From: Mobula hypostoma
Lineage: Eukaryota
Reading direction: 5' to 3'
Assembly: GCF_963921235.1 (NCBI RefSeq)
Contig: NC_086097.1
Coordinates: 245,088,001 to 245,152,000 of the forward strand
Length of the DNA stretch: 64,000 bases
Shown here in pieces: positions 14,001 through 23,997 of this stretch. The stretch's first letter is position 1. Each line of letters opens with the position of its first letter. The translations under genes were made by a program, and so were the position numbers. The notes beneath the pieces are model-generated. The model saw nothing but the letters and a program-made list of their open reading frames with translations. It was not told the DNA's origin and did no database searches.

Positions 14001-14080
14001 TGTCTGAGCACTGCAACATTTTCCTTGACTATTAACGCTGCCTCACCCCCTTTAATCTCTTCAGCTCCATCACATCTAAA
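11068..14080 (-). mobile_element. Older CR1 LINE, 3' part (RT/endonuclease remnants), interrupted at about 11635-12360
   Basis: ORF fragments ISKFADDAKI, NKPGNYRPVSL and YYRPPNS. CR1 tail at about 11070. Confidence 0.8.
11635..12360 (-). mobile_element. Non-coding retroposon-like insertion with AAGATGGtGG 5' end and (TTGAA)-like tail
   Basis: Interrupts contiguous CR1 RT sequence (ccactactccgc|...|atcttggcgtcatcagcaaa). The minus strand starts attaagatggtggtgcgc and ends ttgaacttgaattg. Confidence 0.55.
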
Positions 14081-14082
14081 AC

Positions 14083-17000
14083 GTAGAAAAATAGAAAACC
14101 TACAGAACAATACAGGCCCTTCAGCCCAAAATACTGTGCCGAACATATACTTACTTTAGAAATTATCTAGGGTTACCCATAGCCCCCTATTTTTCTAAGC
14201 TCCATGTACCTATCTAGGACCCTCTTAAAAGCCTCTACCACAGTCATCGGCAGCCCATTCCATGCACTCACCGCTCTCTGCGTTTTTAAAAAAAAAACTT
14301 ACCCTTGATTCCCTCTGTACCTACTTCCAAGCACCTTAAAGCTGTGCCCTCTCGTGCTAGCCATTTCACCCTTGGGGGAAAAAAGCCTCTGACTATTCAC
14401 ATGATCAATGCCACTCATCAGCTTATACACCTCTATCAGGTCACCTCTCATCCTCCATTGCTCCAAGGAGAAGAGGCCAAGTTCCCTCAACCTATTCTCA
14501 TAAGTCATGCTCCCCAATCCAGGCAACATCCTTGTAAATCTCCTCTGCACCCTTTCCCTCACACTTACCTAGGCTGAACTTCATCTGCCACTTCTCAGCC
14601 CAGTTTTGCATCCTATCGATGTCCCGCTGTAACCTCCGACAGACCTCCCCACTATCCACAACACCCCTAACCTTTGTGTCATCAGTAAACTTACTAACCC
14701 ATCCCTTCACTCCCTCATCCAGGTCATTTATAAAAATCACAAAGAAAAGAGGTCTCAGAACAGATCCCTGAGGCACACCACTGGTCACCAACCTCCACGC
14801 AGAATATGATTCTTCTACAACCACTCTTTGCCTTCTGTGGGCAAGCCAATTCTGGATCTACAAAGCATGGTCCCCTTGGATCCCATGCCTCCTTACTTTC
14901 TAAATAAGCCTTGCATGGAGTACCTTATCAAATGCCTTGCTGAAATCCATATACACTACATCTGCTGCTCTACCTTTATCAAAAAATTCTGTCAGGCTAG
15001 TAAGGCACAAACTGCCTTTGACAAATCCATACTGACTATTCCTAATCATATTATGCCTCTCCAAATGTTCATAAGTCCTGCCTCTCAGAATTTTCTCCAT
15101 CAACTTACCAGCCACTGATGTAAGACTTGCTAGTCTATAATTTCCTGGGCTACCTATGCTCCCTTTCTTGCATAAGGGAACAACATCTGCAACCCTCCAA
15201 TCCTCCAGAACTTCTCCCATCCCCATTGATGATGCAAAGATCATTGCCAGACGCTCAGCAATCACTTCCCTCGCCTTCCACAGTAGCCTGGGTTATATCT
15301 CGTCCAGTCCCGGTGGTCTGTCCAACTTGATGCTTTCCAAAAGCTCCAGCAAGTCCTCTTTCTGAATGTCTATACGCTGAAGCTTTTTAGTGTGCTGTAC
15401 GTCATCCCTACAATTGCCAAGATCCTTTTCCGTAGTGAATACTGAAGCAAAGTATTCATTATGTACCTGTGCTATCTCCTCCATTTCCATACACACTTTT
15501 CCACTGTCACACTTGATAGGTCCTATTCTCTCATGTCTTATCCTCTTACTCTTCACGTACTTGTAGAATGCCTTCAGATTTTCCTTAATCCTGCTTACCA
15601 AGGTCTTCTCAAGGCCACTTCTGGCTCTCCTAATTTCACTCTTAAGCTCCTTCCTGCTAGCCTTATACTTTTTATACTTTTCTAGATCTCTATTATTACC
15701 TGGTTTTTTGAACCTTTCATAAGCTTTTCTTTTCCTCTTGACTAGATTTTCAACAGCCTTTGTACACCATGATTCCTGTACCCTACCATTCTTGCCCTGT
15801 CTCATTGGAATGTACTATGCAGAACACCACGCCAATATCCTCTGCCACATTTCTAACTTACATTTCCCTGAGAACATCTGTTCCCAATTTATGCTTCCAA
15901 GTTCCTGCCTGGTAGCTTCATATTTCCCCTTACTCCAGTTATACACTTTCCTAACGTGTCTGTTCCTATCTCTCTCCAGTGCTATGGTAAAGGAGATAGA
16001 ATTGTGATCACTACCTCCAAAATGCTCTCCCACTGAGAGACTTGACACCTGACGAGGTTCATTTCCCAATACCAGATCAAGTACAGTCTCTCCTCTTATA
16101 GGCTATCTACATATTGTGTCTGGAAACCTTCCTGAACACACCTAACAAACTCCACTCCATCTAAACCCCTTGTTCTAGGGAGATGCCAATCAATATTGGG
16201 GAAATTAAAATCTCCCATCATGACAACCATGTTATTATTGCACCATGTCAGAAACCGTCTCCCTATCTGCTCCTCGATGTCCCTGTTACTATTGAGTGGT
16301 CTATAAAAAAACACCCAGTAGAGTTATTGACCCCTTGCTGTTCCTAACTTCCACGCACAGAGACTCAGTAGACAAACCCTTCGTGACTTCCTCCTTTTCT
16401 ACGGCCGTGATAGTATCTCTGATCAACAGTGCCTCGCCCCCACCTCTTTTGCCTCCCTCCCTGTCCTTTCTGAAACATCTAAAACCTGGCACTCTTAAGT
16501 AACCATTCTTGCCCCTGAGCCATCCAAATCTCTGTAATGGCCACAACATCATATCTCCAAGTACTGATCCACGCTCTAAGTTCATCCGCTTTGTTCATGA
16601 TGCACCATGCTTTAAAATAGACACATCTCAAACCAGCAGTCTGAGTGTATCCCTTCTCTATCACCTGCCTATCCTCCCTCTCACGCTGTCTACAAGCTTT
16701 CTCGATTTATGAGCCAACTGCCCCTTCCTCTGTCTCTTCAGTTTGGTTCCCACCCCCCAGCAATTCTAGTTTAAACTCTCCCCAATAGCCTTAGCAAACC
16801 TCTCTGCCAGGATATTGGTTCTCCTCGGGTTGAAGTGCAGCCCGTCCTTTTTGTACAGGTCGTTCCTGCCCCAAAAAAGGTCCCAATGATCCAGAAATAT
16901 TAATTCCTGCCCCCTGCTCCAATCCCTCAGCCATGCATCTATCCTCCACCTCACTCTATTCCTATACTCACTGTCGTGTGGCACAGGCAATAATCCCGAG

Positions 17001-17860
17001 CTGACTACCTTTGAGGTCCTGCTTCTCAACTTCCTTCCTAATTCCCTGTAGTCTGTTATCAGGACCTCCTCTCTTTTCCTACCTATGTTTTTGCTACCAA
17101 TATGTACCACAACCTCTGGCTGTTCACCTTCCCACTTCAGGATATTGCGGACATGATCAGAAACATCCCGGACCCTGCCACCTGGGAGGCAAACTACCAT
17201 CTGCGTTTCTTTCCTGCGTCCACAGAATCACCTGTTTGACCACTTAATTATAGAGTCCCCTATCACTGCTGCCATCTTCTTCCCTTCCCTACTCTTCTGA
17301 GCCATCGAGCCAGATTTTGTTGCTTCCCCCAGGTAGATTGTCTCCCCCCCCCCCCCAACAGTACTCAAACAGGAGTGCTTATTGTTAAGGGGGACAGCCA
17401 CAGGGGTACTCTCTAGTATCTGACTCTTGCCCTTCTCTCTCCTGATAGTTATCCACTTGTCTATCTCCCGAGGCCCTGGTGTAACTATTTGCCTATATAG
17501 CTCCTCTCTATCGCCTCTTCACTTTCCCTGACTATACGAAGGTCATTGAGCTGTATCTCCAGTTCCTTAACCCGGTCCCTAAGGAGCTGCAGCTCAATGC
17601 ACTTGGTGCAGATGTGGCCATCAGGGAGGCTGGGAGTTACCCAGACATCCCATATCTGACATGCAGTATAGAACACCGGCCTCACAGACGTACTTCCTAT
17701 TCCTATTCTTCACAAGTAACTTAATTTACCTCGACCCGTTATTGCCGAAGCCCTGTTGAGCCAAAGCCCTCCTACTCTGTCGCCCGCTCTATAAAGCTGC
17801 CTTCTTTTTATACTCTTCCTGCCAATCTAACTCGCGGATGTCCACACACTTGTGCAGTTG
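14083..17860 (-). mobile_element. Near full-length CR1 LINE: ORF1 (zinc finger/coiled coil plus SGNH esterase) and ORF2 (APE plus RT), degenerate
   Basis: ORF1: C..W...HICTKC.ELQLL and VVCLPGGRVRDV...DGLHFN. ORF2: GDFNFPNIDW, NYRLASLTSV, DFSKAFDKV, SGVPQGSVL and KFTDDTK. Tail tagaaaaatagaaaacctacag. Confidence 0.92.
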
Positions 17861-17864
17861 TTTT

Positions 17865-19610
17865 TCAGTCAACGGAGCACTGAGTTGCTGTCCTGTCCCT
17901 GCTGCAACCAAGTCTCACCAGTGGCTTCAGTGTCATAATTCCACATGCTGATCCATGCCCTAAGCTCATCTGCCCTTTTTTTAACAATACTGCTTGCATT
18001 GAAGTACTCACAACTCTGAACATTTATGTAGGCTTAATAGCATCTTTTCCCACACCATTCCATATTTCATCATGTGGTGTGGTTCCCATGTCCCTGCAAC
18101 TCTAGTTTAACCCCCTTCCCCCCCATGTAAGTCTAGCAAATCTTCCCACAGAGATATTAATCCCACTTCGGTTCAGGTGAAAACCATCTGGTTTGCACAG
18201 GTCCTTGAAGCCCTCCCTCATGTACCATTTCCTTAGATGTTAATCTTTCTGATCTTCCTATTTCTGGCCTCACCAGCAGGTGGTACATGCACCAGTCCTG
18301 ATATATCAACCCTGGAAATTCTGTCATTTAACATCACCTGACGCCCCGAACTCGTGTTGCAAGGCATCATCAGTCTTCCTACCTCCGTTGATGTAGACCA
18401 CACCATCACAACATTATCCCACTTAAGAATGCTGTGGACTCACCTGAGACTGACCTTTGCACCCAGGAGACAACATACCATCTGCAAATCTTGTTTTTGT
18501 CCACCAAACTGCTATCTGTTCCCTTAATCAATGAATCCCTTGGCATTACAGCATGCCTCTTCTCTCCCTTCCCTTCTGAGCCAGAGTCTGGCTCCATGCC
18601 AGAGACCTGACTGCTGTGACTTCTCTCTGCATGGTCATCACCCTCAACAATATCCAAAGTGGTATGCCTGTTACAGTCATAGTCATACTTTATTGATCCC
18701 AGGGGAAATTGGTTTTCGTTACAGTTGCACCATAAATAATAAATAGTAATAAAACCATAAATAGTTAAATAGTAATATGTAAATTATGCCAGGAAATAAG
18801 TCCAGGACCAGCCTATTGGCTCAGGGTGTCTGACCCTCCAAGGGAGGAGTTGTAAAGTTTGATGGCAGCAGGCAGGAATGACTTCCTTTGACACTCTGTG
18901 TTGTATCTCGGTGGAATGAGTGTGGCTGAATGTACTCCTGTGCCCAACCAGTACATTATGTAGTGGATGGGAGACATTGTCCAAGATAGCATGCAACTTG
19001 GACAGCATCCTCTTTTCAGACGCCACCGTCAGAGAGTCCAGTTCCATCCCCACAACATTACTGGCCTCTTATTAAGAGGAATGGCCACAGGGTTTTTCTG
19101 CACTGATTGCCATCCCCTTTCGCTCTCCTGATGGTCACCCAGTTATTTGTGTCTTGCACCATGGATGTAACTACTTTCCTCTATTGCCTGTCAATCAACC
19201 CCTCAGCACTTTGAATGATCCAGAGTTCATCCAGCTCCAGCTCCAATTCCTTAACACAATCGGAAAGAAGCTGTAGCTGGACAGGTGTAGTCATCAGGGA
19301 CACTGGAGATCTTCCTGCCTTCCCACATCCTACAAGAGGAGCATTCCACTATCCTGCACTTCCCCACTGCTCTAACTGTGTAATAATAAAGAAAAATAAT
19401 TAACCAGGGAAAAAACATCTTACCTGTCCTCTGACATCTGCCTCTCCTCGCTGAAGCCTCTGTGAGCCAAAGCCCGAACTCCTCACTCTAACACTGATCC
19501 AGTCACACAATAGCCACTCTGCTTAAACCCAACTTCTCTTATAGGCCTTTGCCAAGTGCCTAATTATGCAAAATCCATCTTCTCCACAGGAACTGTGGTG
19601 TGCAGAATGT
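17865..19610 (-). mobile_element. 5' continuation (ORF1 region) of the older CR1 split by the younger CR1
   Basis: The sequence resumes the endonuclease N-terminus/ORF1 pattern, paralleling 16500-17800 but more decayed. Confidence 0.7.
18673..19066 (-). mobile_element. Rex1/Babar LINE 3' end
   Basis: ORF 18784..19053 GMELDSLTVASEKRMLSKLHAILDNVSHPLH, followed by AATAAA and a short-repeat tail (tatgac) on the minus strand. Confidence 0.8.
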
Positions 19611-19682
19611 CCCATCTGTCCCTGCTCTCTTCTGTTGAAATTTTGTTCTTTATAATTGAATCCTGACGTGTTTTGATTGACT

Positions 19683-19880
19683 CACACAAAATGCTGGAGG
19701 AACTCAGCAGGCCAGGCAGCATCTATGGGAAAAAAAGTACAGTCGACGTTTTGGGCCGAAACTCTTCAGCAGGACGAGGTCGACTGTACTTTTTTCCATA
19801 GATGCTGCCTGGCCTGCTGTGTTCCTCCAGCGTTTTGTGTGTGTGGCTTGCATTTCCAGCATCTGCAGATTTTCTTCTAT
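19683..19880. repeat. Inverted pair of Penelope-derived terminal repeats (about 65-bp stem)
   Basis: 19683-19747 is the near reverse complement of 19779-19841. A degenerate hammerhead core lies on the minus strand across the loop. Confidence 0.85.
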
Positions 19881-19936
19881 GTGTTTTGATTGTGTATTAT
19901 TGTTGGATTTATGACAACTATTTGTTTTTAATATAG

Positions 19937-20043
19937 ATATCCCGATGTCAGTTGGAATTATTGACCCCAGAACTAATCCAGCTCAGTTGAATACTATTGA
20001 ATTCTTATGGGACCCAACTAAACGCACTTCCGCTTTTATTCAG
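19937..20043 (+). CDS. UBP1: UBP1/LBP-1 internal coding exon (CP2 DNA-binding domain): (D)[35 protein letters not shown]
   Basis: Acceptor atatag| at 19936 and donor |gtttgt at 20044. Length 107 nt, phase 1 to 0. Translation matches the recalled CP2-family segment DIPMSVGII...[14 protein letters not shown]. Confidence 0.93.
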
Positions 20044-20104
20044 GTTTGTGAAGTTGGCTTCCTGTTTTAAAAGTTGTAATTAACGAGTGTAAATAATGAT
20101 GTTA

Positions 20105-20495
20105 CAGCTTGTCGAGGGTGGTGGGCTGGAGATAAGTATCTACCAAGGGAGGCGTAAGGCATTCCTTCCCTCTGCTAGCCTGCAGTTCACCCTTGGGCAG
20201 GGTGTAGCACCTCCTTGGCCCTGCTGAGCAGGGTCACATGAAACCGCGGGAGCAGGTGGTGGATGTTTGTATGAGCAGCTGGTGCACATCTCAAGTCCTG
20301 GTTATGCAACCACTGACGCCTGGCAGACACTCTCTGCAGAGTATTGATAATGGCTGGGTTCACATGACTTGTAAATACACTGTCTGGAAGAAGGCAGCGA
20401 CGAACCACTTCAATAGAAGAATTTGCCAAGAACAATCATGGTCAAGACCATGATTGCCTAGGTCATATGAAATGGCACAATGGTGATGATGATAC
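20105..20495 (+). mobile_element. RTE-dependent SINE-like element with BovA/Sauria-like 3' motif and (GAT)n tail
   Basis: 3' part ggaagaaggcagcgacgaaccacttcaatag...ttgccaagaac resembles the RTE-derived GGAGAAGGAAATGGCAACCCACTCCAGT...TTGCC motif. Ends gatgatgat. Confidence 0.6.
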
Positions 20496-20704
20496 ATGAG
20501 AGTGGTGATCTGATGTTTGATCTCTGATTGTACCTTATTGTTTTGTGAATAATGTTTGAAATTACACAAAAACATTTGTGTGGTTAGACCAGTTTCACTG
20601 TTGCTCGCTGTAACTTATCAATAAATGTATAAAATGCTTTATCTTGTGGTGTGGTTATTTTTACAGTATAGTTTTAAACCTAGAAATTCTGACTGTTCTT
20701 TCAG

Positions 20705-20857
20705 GTACATTGCATTAGCACAGAATTTACGCCCAGAAAGCACGGGGGTGAGAAGGGAGTTCCATTCAGGATTCAGATAGACACATTCAAGCAAAATGAA
20801 ACTGGAGAGTACACAGATCATCTTCATTCAGCCAGCTGCCAAATAAAAGTTTTTAAG
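20705..20857 (+). CDS. UBP1: UBP1 coding exon: [51 protein letters not shown]
   Basis: Acceptor ttcag| and donor |gtattg. Length 153 nt (51 aa), phase 0 to 0. Contains the hallmark CP2/Grainyhead motif [22 protein letters not shown]. Confidence 0.96.
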
Positions 20858-21179
20858 GTATTGTCTATAGATTTATTTTACGTTTAAGGTGCCTCTTCTT
20901 TTGCTACATCTTGAAGATGTTACAGCTGCTTTAGTTTTCTTGTACTGCAGAACACACAGTAAGTACATTTGTCAGATGATAAGTTTGCGCAAACTTATCA
21001 TAAATCCAAAGTCCTGAGGGTTTAGAAGCCTTGATGATACAATTTGAAATAAATTCTTATTTCATGGCGTATATTTATTGGTCTGAATTTTGCAATTCAG
21101 AAAGGAGCCACCAAAGTCCATGCTTGAGTGAATTAAGTTCTGGGCTGAAAATGCAGAACTTGCAGACAGATTGAATTGA

Positions 21180-21392
21180 CCCTCTCATATCCCCTTTGCC
21201 AATCACCTGTCCAGCTCTTGGCTCCATCCCTCCCCCTCCTGTCTTCTCCTATCATTTTGGATCTCCCCCTCCCACTTTCAAACCTCTTACTAACTTTTCC
21301 TTCAGTTAGTCCTGACGAAGGGTCTCGGCCTGAAACGTTGACTGTACCTCTTCCTAGAGATGCTGCCTGGCCTGCTGCGTTCACCAGCAACT
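21180..21392 (+). mobile_element. Short Penelope-derived insertion with hammerhead motif, flanked by TTGAATTGA direct repeats
   Basis: Direct repeats at 21171-21179 and 21393-21401. The 3' portion is nearly identical to 50060-50158. Confidence 0.8.
21308..21343 (+). ncRNA. Minimal type I hammerhead ribozyme motif (Penelope type)
   Basis: agtc-CTGACGA-agggtctcggcct-GAAA-cGTT-gact: stem I agtc/gact, intact core boxes, stem II hairpin and an NUH site. Confidence 0.7.
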
Positions 21393-22514
21393 TTGAATTG
21401 ATGATGGGGGTTGGGAACAGAGGGTCGCTGAATCTTTGTCTGCGTTCCATAGTTAGATTTCACATTGAAGACACAGACGGGATCTATGTTTGGTTGGAGG
21501 GAGGTGTTGGTGGTCAATCTCTAGAATCAGACCTGGCATGGGATGTGAGATTCCATTGATTACAAAAGGAATTCCAAACCTGTAAGCTAAGAGGCAAGTG
21601 CAGAGGTGAGTTTTTCCCCATTATTTTGCTTTAGGTTAAATCATTCCCTAGCATTTTAAGTTAACTTTATTTACATGACTTCAATTTTATTTGTTCCAGG
21701 ACAGATTTTACTATTTAAAATCGGACAGATTTACCTGCTCCACTCCCATCTTTGCTTTCTGTCAAAGATTGACAGTACGGGACAGGAGAACCCCTGCTGT
21801 CTGACACCCAATCTTCATTCTCATGCCTCTGTCCAACTCAAGGTGGGGGTGGTCAGTGAAATTGGCCCTTTCTCTGGCCAAGGTAAATGTGAGTTCAGTC
21901 GCGGCCCTTGCTGACAATCGTGCCCTTGTAGAATACCTGATGAAGAAATGTGTCTTTTAAAAGTTTTCGTGAGTTTCATGCATCTGCTGTAATCAAATGT
22001 TTGTGGTGATTGGCATTCTGTTTATTTCCAAGATGAAATTTTTCAGTGAAGTGGAAAAGTAGGCAAGCTAAAATCCCCTATTGCATAACCCAAGATATTC
22101 TTTTGATCTTTATGTTGGTGCATTAAAAGGTGATCATACAAGATAAAGAATCTATCTTCAATGGCCTGAAGCTCTGCGGCGCATGTATTATGGAAACATA
22201 GTCATTTTATATCATGATAGCTTGATGTGGGGCTCTATTTGTTGATACTGGGATTTTTTTTCTTCTTCAGCATTTTGGCAATTTTCTACCTTCTCTTGTC
22301 TGTTGTGGAATTTGTTACCACAGACCACTGTGGAGGATAAGTCACTGGGAATATTTAAAGCAGAAGGTGACCTGTTCTTGATTTGCAAGGGCATCAAAGG
22401 TTACGGGAGAAGGCAGAGGAATGGGGTTAGAGGAATAATAAATCGGCCATGGTGGAATTGCAGAGCGGACTTGATGGGCGAAACAGTCCACAGTCGGGGC
22501 ACAGTCTGATGTGA

Positions 22515-22573
22515 TGGAGTTGGATCCTCCGCAGTCTGCTGGAGTTAGATCCTCCACAGTCTGCTGGAGTTGA
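22515..22573. repeat. Short tandem repeat, 25-bp unit x about 2.4
   Basis: tggagttggatcctccgcagtctgc / tggagttagatcctccacagtctgc / tggagttga. Confidence 0.8.
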
Positions 22574-23489
22574 ATGATCACTCCCAACTATGATTCCGTT
22601 TGATGTCATGTCAGCGCTGGGGAAAAAAAAAATTCGGATTTTGTATTAGGGGTCCTCAACCTGTTTTTACATACCAGTTACATCTGAATTTGATTAGTTC
22701 ATTTACTGTTCTGCTGGTACATGTAGCATCTGGGCCCATCAGTAACTGCCACTGCCTCGAGGCCCCAAGGCCCCAGGCAGCCATGTTCAACCCTGTACTG
22801 TGCTGCTGTCTGTCAGGAGTTTACAAATGTTCCCTGTGAATGCATGGATCTCCTCTGGCTGCTCTGGTCTTTCCCCCCACATCTTAGAGGCGTGTGTGAC
22901 AGAGAGTAATTGGCTGCCTTAAGTTGCCCCTAGTGTGTAGATAAATGCCAGAATCTGGGGAGATTTAGGCCGTAAAACATAGGGAGCAGAATCAGGCCTT
23001 TCAGCCGAATGAATCTGCTCTGCCATTTGGTAGTGGCTGATTTATTATATCTCTCAACCCCATTCTCCTGCCCATCTCCCCATAACCTTTGCTGACCTTA
23101 CAAATCAATCTATTAACCTCCGCTTTAATTATGACTAATGACTTGTCCTCCATGGCTGTCAGTGATAATGAATTCCATGGATTTACCACCCCCTCGCAAA
23201 AGAAATTCCTCCTTATCACTGTTCTAAAGGGACACCCTTGTATTCTGAGGCTGTGCCTCAGATGGGGATGTTGGAAGAATTTTTTAAAATGGGATTAAAG
23301 CGGGGTAATTGGAAAGGAATAGTTGATGGATTTGGTAGGCTGAAAGGCCTGATCCTGTACTGTAACGCTGTGGCTGCCTGAGTATAATTGGGGTAACTGG
23401 GACTTCAGCATCATTATTAACAGGTAGCAGTCTCTAAGTTCTCTACCTCATTTTTCAGTTACAGGACTAATGCTTTTCTATTTTTCCAG

Positions 23490-23600
23490 CCAAAAGGAGC
23501 AGACAGAAAACAGAAAACAGACAGAGAAAAAATGGAGAAACGCACTCCTCAAGAGAAAGAAAAGTATCAGCCTTCATATGAAACAACTATCTTGACTGAG
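23490..23600 (+). CDS. UBP1: UBP1 coding exon: [37 protein letters not shown]
   Basis: Acceptor ttttccag| and donor |gtaaaa. Length 111 nt, phase 0 to 0. End of the CP2 domain ([13 protein letters not shown]). Confidence 0.96.
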
Positions 23601-23997
23601 GTAAAATACAGGAAAGTATAGGTTAAGGAGGAACAGTGAGAATGCAGGTAGTGCAAATGCATTTTCTCTTAAATTTGGGATAAACAATGCATCATAATTC
23701 TGACCATCTAAACTATTGACTTCTGTGAAAGTGTTTCAAAAATGCATTGTTACTGTTATCTTTTTGCTTTTTATTTTATTTTACCACCTCCATTTCATGC
23801 AATTTTGTGTTCAGATTGTTAAATTTATTTGATTTCATTGCTCTGAAGAATGCAGCAAATCTTAACCAAGCATGGCAATATAATAAGCTCATGTAGAAAG
23901 GTTACAAAAAAGCATTTTATTATGTGCTAGTTACCCTTTCTGTGGACACTACAGGAAGTTCCGAAAAATTGAGCATATCTTTCAAGGTTTTTAGACC

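Noticed and set aside
1..19936. Upstream UBP1 exons (e.g. encoding the ...VVFHDRRLQY... segment) or a promoter
   Set aside because: No matching exon or CpG island was found by eye. They probably lie upstream of the window, although a missed short exon cannot be excluded without spliced alignment.
22515..22573. CRISPR-like short palindromic repeats
   Set aside because: The units are directly adjacent with no unique spacers, there are only about 2.4 copies, there are no cas genes and the context is a vertebrate intron.
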